This document shows positions 30,493 through 40,291 of a stretch of 64,000 nt of DNA, in pieces (position 1 is the first letter of the stretch; every line of letters starts with the position of its first letter). Both the position numbers and the translations under genes were made by a program. The notes beneath the pieces were generated by a model that saw only the letters and a list, made by a program, of their open reading frames with translations, made no database searches and had not been told where the DNA came from. Source of the stretch: an uncultured Actinomycetota bacterium (GTDB lineage Bacteria > Actinomycetota > Actinomycetes > Mycobacteriales > Jatrophihabitantaceae); assembly GCA_963708625.1 (NCBI GenBank), contig CAVPSV010000004.1:321960-385959 (forward strand), in the 5' to 3' direction.

Positions 30493-30665
30493 CGGGAACA
30501 TCCGGATCGGCGGCAGGTCTCGACCAGCGGCGCGTGGGTGTCGATGGTGCGGGTGATCACACCCGAGCCCGCGCACGTCAACAAACGCGGGGGTCGGCGC
30601 GGACGTTCCTGAGAACGGACCCGTCGCGACACACAACGGTCATCTGTCCGGGTGACCGTGGAGGC

Positions 30666-30830
30666 ATGAAGAAAGAACAACGACCCGTCGACCCGTCCCG
30701 CCACGATCTGTACCTCGCCAAGATCAACGATCTGATCGAGAACGGGCAGGAGTCCCTGATCTGGGTTCTCGTCGACGAATTCGACGAGCTTCACCGCGCC
30801 GCGCCGGTCACGACCAGCAAGGCCGCCTGA
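30666..30830 (+). CDS. small hypothetical protein (54 aa)
   Basis: GGAGG RBS 4 nt upstream of the ATG. MKKEQRPVDPSRHDLYLAKINDLIENGQESLIWVLVDEFDELHR. Confidence 0.3.
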   Translation: MKKEQRPVDPSRHDLYLAKINDLIENGQESLIWVLVDEFDELHRAAPVTTSKAA

Positions 30831-31063
30831 CACTCCGGCCCCGCCCCCATCGCCGGCCCCGCTCCGGCAATCGACCTGGCATGCGGTGCGCGCAGCATGC
30901 CCGCGCGGCGCTGCGCACACGGACACGCACACGCACACGCCCGGCGACCGCTCGGGTCGGCGGTGGGGCCATGTGCCGCCCGCCCGCAGAGGGCTAAGTT
31001 CGGTGAATGTGCGGGCTCGGATGATCTTGCTTGACCTAGGGAGCCGGTCCTCGGCGGGTTCTG

Positions 31064-31318
31064 ATGGGTAGGCCGGAGGACTCGCCGGTCGGGCTCGCCG
31101 GCAGGATCGTGACGGCCACGCGCGGCGCGGCCGGCCCCGGCGAGGTGCAGCTTCGCATTCGCGGTGGCACCGAGATCTTCATCGCGCGCAGCAAGGATCC
31201 GTTGCCGGTCGGCGCTGCCGTCATCGTCCTGGACACGCTTGGTCCGCGGACCGTCGTCGTGTTTCCGTGGGCTGACCCAGTGGACAGCATCCTCGATCTC
31301 ACCGATCCCCCAGCCTGA
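31064..31318 (+). CDS. NfeD-like short protein (OB-fold partner of flotillin)
   Basis: GRIVTATRGAAGPGEVQLRIRGGTEIFIARS...VIVLDTLGPRTVVV. Immediately upstream of the SPFH/flotillin gene. Confidence 0.55.
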   Translation: MGRPEDSPVGLAGRIVTATRGAAGPGEVQLRIRGGTEIFIARSKDPLPVGAAVIVLDTLGPRTVVVFPWADPVDSILDLTDPPA

Positions 31319-31331
31319 AGGAGACATTGCC

Positions 31332-32669
31332 ATGTTCGGATATCACGTACCTGCGCCGGACGAGGCGATGCTCATTTCCGGAGGTGGCGCGCGCGGCGAG
31401 GCGCCATTTCGGGTGGTCACCGGTCGCGGCGCCTACGTCGCGCCGGTGTTCCGCAAGGTCCGGTTCATCACGCTGTCGATGTCGGAGTCCGAGGTCGAGG
31501 AGACGTGCGTGACCAAGCAGGGCATCGCGCTGCAGGTCAAGGCGGTCATCGCGTTCAAGGTGGGCAACGACATCGAGTCGATCGTCAACGCCGCGCAGCG
31601 GTTCCTGTCCGACCAGTCCCAGATGTCGGTGCTGACCGGACGAATCTTCTCCGGGCACCTGCGCTCGATCATCGGCTCGATGACGGTCGAAGAGATCGTC
31701 ACCGAGCGGCAGAAATTGGCCACCGAGGTCCTCGACGGCTCCAAGGACGAGATGGCCAAGATCGGTCTCACGGTCGATGCACTGCAGATCCAATCCATCG
31801 ACGACATGGGCCTGGGCTACATCGCTGCGATGGCCGCGCCGCACAACGCGGCAATCCAGCGCGCCGCGAAAGTGGCGCTGTCCCAAGCCGATCAAGCGGC
31901 GGCCGAGGCACAGCAGGCATCGTTGCGCGCCCAGGCCGAATACATCCGGCAGACCGAAGTCGTGCAGGCTCAATACGCGGCCGACGTCGAGGCTGCGAAG
32001 TCCGCTGCGGCGGCGACGGCGGCCGCTGCGGCTCAGGAATCGGCCCGCAATCAGGCCAACTACGAGGCCGAGACGTCAGTGACCCGGTCCAAGGCGGCTC
32101 AGGTCTCGGCGGAGGCTCAGCAAGAGTCCGACCGCAATCAGGCGGACTTCGCGCGGCAGACGGCCGTCGCGAAGGCCCAGTTCGCCGCCGAAACCCAAGC
32201 CGCGCAGGCGAAGGCGGACCAGGCCGGCCCGTTGGCGCACGCGGTCGCTCAGCAGCAGGTGATCGACGCACAGACGGCGCTCGCCCAGCAGCAGGCCGAA
32301 CTCGCGCGGCAGACGCTGGTCTCGACGGTGGTGCGACCGGCCGAGGCCGACGCGCAGAAGGTCAAGATCCTTGCCGCGGCCGACGCCGAGCGGACCAAGA
32401 TCCTCGCCGAGGCGGCCCAGTCGCACAACCGGGTCGCGCTGGACCAGCAGATCATCACGCAGCTGCCACTCATCGTGGAGAAGGCTGCGCTAGGCCTGGC
32501 CGGAGCCAACCTCACCGTGCTGAACGGATCCGAGGGGATGACCGAGGTCGTCTCGTCGCTGGTCGGCCAAGGCTTGGCCATCCTGGAGTCCGTCAAGCGT
32601 GGCGTGGGCAACTCCGTCGAACTCGAGGGCGAAAGGTCGCCGCGAACGCCGCGCCGCACCGAGCCGTAG
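31332..32669 (+). CDS. flotillin-like SPFH (band 7) domain protein
   Basis: SPFH domain (VTKQGIALQVKAVIAFKV...) then long Ala/Gln/Glu-rich coiled-coil flotillin repeats. Confidence 0.8.
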   Translation: MFGYHVPAPDEAMLISGGGARGEAPFRVVTGRGAYVAPVFRKVRFITLSMSESEVEETCVTKQGIALQVKAVIAFKVGNDIESIVNAAQRFLSDQSQMSVLTGRIFSGHLRSIIGSMTVEEIVTERQKLATEVLDGSKDEMAKIGLTVDALQIQSIDDMGLGYIAAMAAPHNAAIQRAAKVALSQADQAAAEAQQASLRAQAEYIRQTEVVQAQYAADVEAAKSAAAATAAAAAQESARNQANYEAETSVTRSKAAQVSAEAQQESDRNQADFARQTAVAKAQFAAETQAAQAKADQAGPLAHAVAQQQVIDAQTALAQQQAELARQTLVSTVVRPAEADAQKVKILAAADAERTKILAEAAQSHNRVALDQQIITQLPLIVEKAALGLAGANLTVLNGSEGMTEVVSSLVGQGLAILESVKRGVGNSVELEGERSPRTPRRTEP

Positions 32670-32715
32670 TCACCGAGCCGTAGTCACCGCCGTCACGAGC
32701 AGATAGCCGCACAGG

Positions 32716-33216
32716 TCAGGCGCGGACTGCGTCGATCGCCTTCTTCAAGGCACTCGGCTGCAGCGGGCTGTGCGGCGCCTTCTTCTTCGCCTCGAGCAGG
32801 TCCGCGCCGAGTTCTTGCAACTGCTTGCGACCGAGGCCGGCACGAACCTTCGGGAACCACTCCGTCTCTTCTTCCTCGATGTGGTGACGCACGTTCTCGA
32901 TGAGGACGGTTGTCTTGGCGTTGAAGCGCTCGTTGTCCGGGGACATAGCGTGCAACTCCAGGCACAGCACGTCGGCGACATGGTGCTCCTCATATGACTC
33001 GAGCACGTCGTCCTCGACCTCTGGCAGCAGCTCGCGCACGCGCGGGTACATCACTTCGTTCTCGATGTAGGTGTGCACCGTCAGCAGCTCGATGATCTTG
33101 TCGACGATGCGGCCCTTCGTCGCGTGCGCGCCGTCGCCCGCGGCCTCGAATTCGCGGAACAGTCGCTGTACCTCCCGGTGGTCGCCCTTGAGCAGAACGA
33201 TTGCATCCGTGGACAT
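32716..33216 (-). CDS. hemerythrin HHE cation-binding domain protein
   Basis: H...HxxxE pattern (LLKGDHREV...HTYIENEVMYP...EEHHVADV...HHIEEEETEWFP). Confidence 0.7.
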   Translation of the reverse strand: MSTDAIVLLKGDHREVQRLFREFEAAGDGAHATKGRIVDKIIELLTVHTYIENEVMYPRVRELLPEVEDDVLESYEEHHVADVLCLELHAMSPDNERFNAKTTVLIENVRHHIEEEETEWFPKVRAGLGRKQLQELGADLLEAKKKAPHSPLQPSALKKAIDAVRA

Positions 33217-33407
33217 ATCTACCTCCGATGATGTCGTGCCTCGGTCGTGTCGGTCTCAGTCCGCGATGTCTGCACGCGCGGCAAGAACTCCCGGTAGACG
33301 AGTTCCCGTCCGCCGGTCGGCGCTAACACGCACGGCCCGCCACGTTTGCCCGGAGGTCAGCCCGGGTACTCGGTCCGGGTGACCCCATCTGCTGAAGGTG
33401 ACCCGGC

Positions 33408-34100
33408 ATGCCAACCGCGGTGACCCGGATTCCCGACGACCTGCGCGCCGTGCTGTTCGACGTCGACGGCACGCTCGTCGACAGCACCGCCGCGCACGCG
33501 CTGTGCTGGCACGAGGCGCTGCGCGCGTACGGGCACACCGTGCCGACCGCGAAGACGCACCGCGCCGTCGGCATGGGATCCCAGCGGCTGCTCGACTCGG
33601 TCTTGGCCGACGCCGAGGACCGCTCCCACGATGACGAGATCATCGAGGCGCACCGCGTGCTCTACCGCCTGTTCTGGGAGCGCCTCGCCCCGCTGCCCGG
33701 TGCCGTCGACCTCCTTCGCGCCTGCCACGACAACGGCCGGCGCGTGGTCTTGGCCTCCTCAGCAGCCGCCGACGAGCTGGCGATGCTGCGCCGGGTGCTC
33801 GACGCGGACCACCTGATCGATGCCGCGACGGACTCCTCCGACGTCGAGGCAACCAAGCCCGCGTCCGATCTGGTGGAGGTGGCGCTGTCGCGGGCGGGCG
33901 TCCGGGCCGAGCAGGCGCTGTTCGTCGGCGATGCCGTGTGGGACGGCCTGGCAGCCAGTGGCGCCGGCGTGGCGTTCGTGGGGGTTGCCTGTGGTGCGGT
34001 CAACGCGGACGAACTGCGCAAGGCCGGAGCGGTTGAGGTGGTCGCCACCCCGGGCGAGCTGGTGCCGATCCTGCAGTGGGCGGGGGGGCGGCGCGCATAG
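33408..34100 (+). CDS. HAD-superfamily hydrolase (beta-phosphoglucomutase-like subfamily)
   Basis: Motif I LFDVDGTLVDS, motif II SSAA, motif IV GDAVWDG. Confidence 0.75.
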   Translation: MPTAVTRIPDDLRAVLFDVDGTLVDSTAAHALCWHEALRAYGHTVPTAKTHRAVGMGSQRLLDSVLADAEDRSHDDEIIEAHRVLYRLFWERLAPLPGAVDLLRACHDNGRRVVLASSAAADELAMLRRVLDADHLIDAATDSSDVEATKPASDLVEVALSRAGVRAEQALFVGDAVWDGLAASGAGVAFVGVACGAVNADELRKAGAVEVVATPGELVPILQWAGGRRA

Positions 34101-34142
34101 GTCCCCCGCTTAACGATCACCCGCCGCGGGTAGGTCTGAGCC

Positions 34143-34376
34143 ATGACCACTTGGGGCGGGTACCGACGTCGCGCGGCACCAGGGCTGCTCAGTGCGGTGC
34201 TCGTGATCTGGCTGATCATCGGGGTTGTCGCCACCGCCCAGCGACACTACTTCTCCGGTTCGAATGAGACCTGCGCGAAGGCCGGCACCATCGCCGTGAC
34301 GATCCTCGCCGGCCCGCTGAACTATGTGGGCGTCAACCCGAAGATCACCTGCCACATCCCGCAGCCGAGCAAGTAG
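34143..34376 (+). CDS. small membrane protein
   Basis: 77 aa, one TM (LLSAVLVIWLIIGVVATA). Confidence 0.3.
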   Translation: MTTWGGYRRRAAPGLLSAVLVIWLIIGVVATAQRHYFSGSNETCAKAGTIAVTILAGPLNYVGVNPKITCHIPQPSK

Positions 34377-34484
34377 CGACCTGCTTCGCCCGTCGACGTT
34401 TACCGTGCGCGCTCGGCGGGCACATACGGGCTGTGACGGTCATGCAGTGGACCCGCCGCCAAGCGAGCGGGAAAGGAGTAACTG

Positions 34485-34709
34485 ATGCCGGGACGATCAG
34501 CGAACGTGAAGAATGAGAAGCAGTACGAAGCTCTCAAGGACAAGGGCATGTCCAAGCAGCGCGCCGCCCGCATCGCCAACTCACCGAGCGCCTCGAGCAA
34601 CGGCGGCAAGCGCAGCGGATCCGGCAGCAACGCCAATCAGGGCGGCACAACGGCGCAACACAAGGCGGCCGGGCGCAAGGGTGGCAAAGCCGCTGCGCGC
34701 AACTCCTGA
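34485..34709 (+). CDS. small basic Gly/Lys-rich protein (stress-protein-like)
   Basis: GGA-rich RBS. MPGRSANVKNEKQYEALKDKGMSKQRAARIA...GRKGGKAAARNS. Confidence 0.35.
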   Translation: MPGRSANVKNEKQYEALKDKGMSKQRAARIANSPSASSNGGKRSGSGSNANQGGTTAQHKAAGRKGGKAAARNS

Positions 34710-34732
34710 CGCGCGTTTACCCGGGCTGTCCA

Positions 34733-34944
34733 TGAAGCGCGGCGAGCACCCACAGCGAACGCCGTTCTACGGCGCGTTGCTGATGATCGCGGGGATGCTG
34801 ATCGGTGTCGCGGTCACTGCATGGTCGCATCCGGCCGCCGCCGTGCGGGCGACGTTTTTGGTGTTCGCATTGATCGTGGCGATCATCGGCTTCGGCATGA
34901 CGATGCGGGACAACTCGCGATTTCGTCGCCGCGACGGCAGCTAA
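34733..34944 (+). CDS. small membrane protein (2 TM)
   Basis: MKRGEHPQRTPFYGALLMIAGMLIGVAVTAWS...FLVFALIVAIIGFGMT. Confidence 0.3.
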
Positions 34945-34953
34945 CCGCGCACG

Positions 34954-35613
34954 TTACGCATCCGTGACGGCAGCGAGATCGCGAACGAGACCGTCGTAAA
35001 CCTCGCGGCGCTTGGCGCCCGCCCGCAGGACCGCGGAGGGGTGGATGGTCGCGAACGCGGCGCGGGCCGGTGCCGCTCGCTGCGCCAGGGGTCCTTCGCG
35101 CGGCGGCCATGGCAGGGGTTGCCCCCGGTGCGAAGTGAGGGTGAATGCGGGCCCGAACAGCGCGGCCGTTGCCACCGCACCGAGCGCGACGAGCAGGTCC
35201 GGGCGGACGATGTCGAGTTCCGCGGCGAGCCACGGACGGCACGCGTTGATGTGCCGAGCGGCGGGCTTGTCGTGGATCCGCCGCTTGCCGCGTTCGGCAG
35301 GTTTCCAGCGGAAGTGCTTCACGGCGTTGGTCAGATAGACCTCTGCCCGGTCGATGCCGGCATCGCTCAGCGCCGAGTCCAGCAGCCTGCCCGCCGGACC
35401 GACGAAGGGCTCGCCGCGCCGGTCTTCAACGTCACCGGGCTGTTCGCCGACGAGCATGATCCGCGCAGTGCGCGGCCCGGCGCCGAAGACGGTCTGGGTG
35501 GCAGACGCGAACAGCTCGCAGCCCTGGCAGTCGGCGGCAGCGGCGGCCAGCGAGCGCAGGCTATGCGTGCGCGGAACGAACTCCTCGGCGCCGCCCGCAG
35601 ATTTCACATCCAA
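34954..35613 (-). CDS. udgX: family-4 uracil-DNA glycosylase superfamily protein of the UdgX type
   Basis: 4Fe-4S Cys pattern (CQGCEL...), motif A GEQPG, and the UdgX-specific insertion HFRWKPAERGKRRIHDKP (KRRIH loop). Confidence 0.65.
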   Translation of the reverse strand: MDVKSAGGAEEFVPRTHSLRSLAAAAADCQGCELFASATQTVFGAGPRTARIMLVGEQPGDVEDRRGEPFVGPAGRLLDSALSDAGIDRAEVYLTNAVKHFRWKPAERGKRRIHDKPAARHINACRPWLAAELDIVRPDLLVALGAVATAALFGPAFTLTSHRGQPLPWPPREGPLAQRAAPARAAFATIHPSAVLRAGAKRREVYDGLVRDLAAVTDA

Positions 35614-35736
35614 CTGATCCCCGCCCCGCGTTGAGAACTAACGACGCTCCCAGGCGATCGAGTTCGCACCGTGGCGGCTCGCCACCATGTACCTCTTTCG
35701 CGCGTCCTGACTGCGAGCATCGCATCGCTGGCCGTT

Positions 35737-35770
35737 GCGCCTAGCCGCGCCTAGCCGCGCCTAGCCGCGC
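35737..35770. repeat. 10-bp tandem repeat (ctagccgcgc) x3 spanning the GCS2 stop codon
   Basis: gcgc ctagccgcgc ctagccgcgc ctagccgcgc acgg, read directly. Each unit carries CTAG (a TAG stop on both strands). Confidence 0.7.
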
Positions 35771-36933
35771 ACGGTGAGTGCATCCAGAACCGCGTCGAAA
35801 CCCCCGGTCCGGTGGGCGGCGCGCTGCTCGTCCGCGCCCGTCCCGCGCTCGCGTAGCCGGCGCAATTCGTGCCGGACCCGCTCGACGTCGCCACTGCCGG
35901 CGAGGGAGTCTGCGACGTGGCTGAGCAACGTCTCGACGCACTCCCACGCCGGCCGCAACTGAGGCCGCTGAGCCGGCTGGTCGGCAACGTCCACCAACTT
36001 GCCGGCCATCCCCCAACGCGCGGCGCGCCAAGCGCTGGCCCGCAGAGCTTCGATGCGTTCAGCCGACCGGGACACACCGTCGCGCCACGCACGTGCTGCC
36101 GTGTCGACGAGCGCGCGGCCCAGCGCAGCGATCAAGATTGCGGTGCCCACATCGTGGTTCACGTCGGCGACCCGCAGTTCCACCGTCGGATAGTTGGCCG
36201 AGAGGCGAATGTCGAAGTAGAGCATCCCGTCATCCAGCGCGGCACCGGTGTCGAGCAGCGCCTGCTGTGTTCGGCGATAGGTGTCCAGGTCACCGAACGG
36301 CGCGGTCGGCCCGGCGGTCGGCCACTGCCCCCACAACACGCTGCGGTAGCTCGCGTAGTCGGTGTCCTCGCCGTGGTGAAACGGCGAGTTGGCGCTCAAC
36401 GCGGTGAGCAACGGCAGCCAGCGCTGCACCCGATCGATGACCGCAACGCCCTCCTCGGGCGAGTCGACCGAAACGTGGACGTGCATGCCACACGTCAGCT
36501 GCTGACGCGCAACGAGACCGAAGGCCTCCGTCATCCGCCGGTAGCGCTGATCGGCGGTGGTGGCCGGATGCCGCGCGCTCGGATGGGTGCCGCTCGCGAT
36601 CAGCCGTGCGCCGGTGTCCGCCGCGGCGGTGACGAACTCGCGACGTAGCCGTCGCAGGTCTGCCTCCAGCGCGTCGAGGTCGGACGCCGGCGACGAGCCG
36701 AGTTCGGCTTGGGCCTGCTTCAACTCGTGCTCGAACTGTCCGTCCGGGTCGCGTCCGGCCGCATCCCGAACCACCTCGTCGCCGTCGTCGGCAAGCTCGC
36801 CCCGGCCGCGAACGAGCAGAAACTCCTCCTCGACGCCGACAGTGCGGCCGTCCCACCGGTTTGGGGAATGTTTTGGCCGTATAGGGGCCACAACCTTCCC
36901 CAAACCGGTGATTGGTTCATCGCGCTCGCTCAT
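35761..36933 (-). CDS. carboxylate-amine ligase, glutamate-cysteine ligase family 2 (YbdK/GCS2)
   Basis: VGVEEEFLLV N-terminal motif and overall GCS2 architecture, 390 aa. Confidence 0.8.
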   Translation of the reverse strand: MSERDEPITGLGKVVAPIRPKHSPNRWDGRTVGVEEEFLLVRGRGELADDGDEVVRDAAGRDPDGQFEHELKQAQAELGSSPASDLDALEADLRRLRREFVTAAADTGARLIASGTHPSARHPATTADQRYRRMTEAFGLVARQQLTCGMHVHVSVDSPEEGVAVIDRVQRWLPLLTALSANSPFHHGEDTDYASYRSVLWGQWPTAGPTAPFGDLDTYRRTQQALLDTGAALDDGMLYFDIRLSANYPTVELRVADVNHDVGTAILIAALGRALVDTAARAWRDGVSRSAERIEALRASAWRAARWGMAGKLVDVADQPAQRPQLRPAWECVETLLSHVADSLAGSGDVERVRHELRRLRERGTGADEQRAAHRTGGFDAVLDALTVRG

Positions 36934-36950
36934 CAGGTGTTCACCGGCCG

Positions 36951-37533
36951 CTAGTCGACGATGCCTTCGCGCTGGGCGACCGAGCCCGGCACTGTGGTCC
37001 AGACATCCATCAGGAAATCGTCCTCGACGTGCCGCGCCAACCGATACATGCCGACACCAAGCGCGGCATGGACCACGTCCGCGGACTGCGGATAGTCCGG
37101 TGCGCTATGGCGCCAATGACATGCCACGACGACCGCGTCGCGCCGAAGCAGTCCGTGCACCGCCGACCGCAACGCGTCGAGGTCGGCAACGTAGTAGCCG
37201 ACCTCGGACAGCACGACGAGATCGAAGGTCCCGGGCGGCAGGTCGTCCGGTAGCGATCCCTCGCACACCGTGACGCCCGGAAAGTCGGCCGCGTGTTGTC
37301 GAGTGAGCTCAACGGCCCGCGGCACCACGTCCATGGCGAGCACCTCGTCGCAGCGCTCGGCAAGCTGCCGGGTGACCAGACCGAGGGCGCAGCCCGGCTC
37401 GAAGGCCCGCTCGAACCGCTCCCGCGGCAGGGCCGCCATCAGCAGCGCGAGCTTGCGCCGCTCGTAGAACCCCCGCGCCAGACCCCACGGATCGTCGCTG
37501 GCGGCATAGAGATCGTCGAAGTAGCCGGGTCGC
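36951..37533 (-). CDS. class I SAM-dependent methyltransferase (NodS-like)
   Basis: GTG start overlapping the stop of the PIG-L gene (cTGAccGTG). Motif I EPGCALGLVTRQL. 194 aa. Confidence 0.6.
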
Positions 37534-37537
37534 ACGG

Positions 37538-38308
37538 TCAGGTCCCGGCCGGAGTGATGACCAAGAAGCACTCGAAATCGCGGGCGAAATAGGCCAGCGA
37601 GTCCGGGCCGACGACCGCCTCGTCGCCAGCATCCGCGGACAGCGGCTGGATCTGGCTCGGAAAGCACGCGATCGCCGCCTGTTTCCGTTCGCGCCGTTCG
37701 GCGCCTAGCGTCAATCGGCGGGTAGCCGCGGCCTCGGGATCGAGTTCGGCGAGTTCCTGGCGCGCGGCCCAGTGCCAGGCCCAGATCGGAAACTCCAGCA
37801 GCTCGATGCCAGGCTCCGCGGCGACGACAGCCCGTGCGGCCCGCGCACATGCCTCGTGATCGGGATGACGATCGTGTGCCCACGGCGCGAGCAGCACCGT
37901 GTCGCCCGAGCAAGCCCGCCGCAGGGCCGTGCACAGTTCGCCGGCGTGTGCCGCGAGCTCGCCGTCGGGCAAGCCGAGGAACTCCAGCGTGGCCTGGGGC
38001 GCCAGCGTGGCCATCGCGTCGGCGACCTCGTTCTTGCGTAGCGCGGCCAGGCGAGCAGGCGAATGCGTGCGCGATCGCGGATGCGATCCCGCTCCGTCGC
38101 TGGCCACGATGACGTGCACGTCCAGGCCGGTGTCGGCGGCGAGCCCGATCAGGCCGGCAGCGCCGAGTGTCTCGTCGTCGGGGTGGGCCGACAACACAAC
38201 CAGCCGCGTCCCGGTGAGCGTCTCCAGTTCAGGAGCCGCTCGCAGCCACGCGCACTCCTGCCAGGCCCGCTCACTGGTACCCGGCAGCTGGCCGTCGAAC
38301 GTGCTCAC
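37538..38308 (-). CDS. PIG-L/LmbE-family N-acetylglucosaminyl deacetylase
   Basis: VVLSAHPDDETLGAAG...HRDHEA is the zinc-binding pattern of the MshB/BshB family. Confidence 0.75.
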   Translation of the reverse strand: MSTFDGQLPGTSERAWQECAWLRAAPELETLTGTRLVVLSAHPDDETLGAAGLIGLAADTGLDVHVIVASDGAGSHPRSRTHSPARLAALRKNEVADAMATLAPQATLEFLGLPDGELAAHAGELCTALRRACSGDTVLLAPWAHDRHPDHEACARAARAVVAAEPGIELLEFPIWAWHWAARQELAELDPEAAATRRLTLGAERRERKQAAIACFPSQIQPLSADAGDEAVVGPDSLAYFARDFECFLVITPAGT

Positions 38309-39292
38309 GCCTCAGCAGCCAACAGGCGTGCGCCGAGCGCGGCCAGGTCTCGCTCGGCGTGATGCTGCCGGACGTAGAGCTCGAGATCGGCGACCCGCCG
38401 CACGTGCACCGGGTCGAAGCCCAGCGGCCTGGGCCCGAGTGCATGTGCGACGTGCCGCAGCGTCAGCTCCACCGCGTCGGCAACCACGGCGCGCACCCGC
38501 AGGGCCAGTAGTGCAGCGTCGGATACATCCGCGGCATCGATCGCGGTTGCCGCCGCGGCCAGTACGGTTCGCGCCCCGTGCAGGGCAGCGTCGACGGCGC
38601 CGAGGTGCATCTCGCCCAGGCTGCCGCCACGGCTGCCACCGGCCACCCCGTCGCGCAGCGTGGCGGCCAGTCCCGCTGCTCCGCCCAGCCAGCACGCCGC
38701 AACGCCGAGACCACCCCAGGCGAAACCCGGACGGATGAGGTACCACTCGGGCGCACCGACCGGCGTCGCAGCCACCGCGTCGAAGTGGACGGGCACGGTC
38801 GCGACGGTGCGCAGCCCGCGGGCCACCCATGCCTGAGTCGCCTCCGCATGCACCCCGCCTGCACGCAGATCCACCGCGAACAGGCGGCGGCCGTTCTCGG
38901 CGCGAGCGGTCACCAGGCCGTGATCCAGCGACCCGCCGAGCGAGCACCAGGGCTTGGTGCCGGTCACCGTCCAACCCTGCTCGGACTCCTTCGCCTCGAG
39001 TTGCACATCGGGCGCCTCCGCGGCGAAGACGCCCCAACTGCCGGGTTTCGGGTCGAGACCGGCCTCGGCAAGGATGGCGAGCGCGTCGGCGTGGGCTTCG
39101 AGCACCCGCGCCACAGTCAGGTCCACTTCGGCGACGGCAGCCAACAGCGACCAGCGCAGCGCGGTTCGGCCGCGCCCCGGTTCGGGCAGCCGATGACCGA
39201 ACTCGACGGCGACATCGATCGCGGCGACGGCGTCGTCGCTGGCACCGCGCGCGGCGGACAGCAGCGACTCGGCCCACTCCACGATCGCCATG
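38305..39292 (-). CDS. acyl-CoA dehydrogenase-like protein (short form)
   Basis: MAIVEWAESLL...GWTVTGTKPWCSLGGSLDHGLVTA...; ACAD middle and C-terminal domains. ATGA overlap with the PIG-L gene. Starts 2 nt after the Rieske stop. Confidence 0.55.
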
Positions 39293-39293
39293 C

Positions 39294-40195
39294 CTAGACC
39301 GGGTTCGATCGCAGTGCACGCGCCTCTTCGGGGCGGCGCACCTGGACCCGCTCGCCGACGATGCGGGCTTCGAAGCTTGGCTGTGGCCGGGTGGCCGGAC
39401 CGCGCACCACGACGCCGGTGCTGAGATCGAAGATGCTGTGGTGCCACGGGCAGACGATGCAGTCGTTCTGGAGCTCGGCCGTCGTGCAGCGGCCCACCGC
39501 GGTGGGTGCAGCGATCGGCCAGCGCGACCAGCCCGGTCTCCAGACGCACGACCAGCACCGCGGTTTCCCCAGCCGCGCCGTGCAACCGGGCGCCCACCGC
39601 GGCCACCTCCGATGCCGTGCCGATGTCGGCCCACTCGGCATCCATGTGCTGGAACGCGGTGGTGTCGACGCCGACCCCGAGGGCGTAGGTGAGATGGCCG
39701 CCCAGCCACCCTCCGACGGAAAGGACGCCCGAACCGAGCAGGGCCAGCGCTACCCCGCGCGCATGACGTCCCCGACCGCGCGCCGACCAGCTACCGGCAT
39801 AGCATCCGATCGCGGTCGCGTTCGTCAGCCGCATGAACGAGTCCGACACGGCGCTCGGCGCCGCCGGTGTCGAGCCAATCGGACCAGCCGGTGACTGCCG
39901 TCGGTGCCGCGGTCAGCAGTCCGAATCCCACCAGCCGGCGGGCACTGCGCCGTGCTGCTCGGCCACCCACGATGTCGAGCAGACCCGCCGAGGCCCACGC
40001 ACCCATCGGTACCGCCACGATCGCCGGGTGTACCGCGTGGCCGATCGGCGTGCCGGAGGCGAGATCGCGCGCGCGCCCGGTGCGCACGCTGTCGGGCACC
40101 ACGGCGGCGATCCGGTCGGCGATCGCATCGAGGAACGACGCGCGTTCGATCGCGTGCGTGATGCGGTCAGCGCGGCGTGGTCTACGGTGCGGCAC
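39294..40195 (-). pseudogene. membrane-anchored (DUF2231-like) Rieske [2Fe-2S] protein, 2 frameshifts
   Basis: TM/DUF2231 part in frame of 39791..40195. Box I CTHRGGPLHDG in frame of 38305..39849. Box II CPWHHSIFDLSTG in frame of 39294..39641. Confidence 0.55.
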
Positions 40196-40291
40196 GCTCG
40201 ACTCCTACCCGCGGCGGCCCGGGCTCACACAATGCGGCCCGGCGGTGCGCAGGCGTCGGGGCCGCTGCCGCGTACGGCGTCGTGGCGGCGG

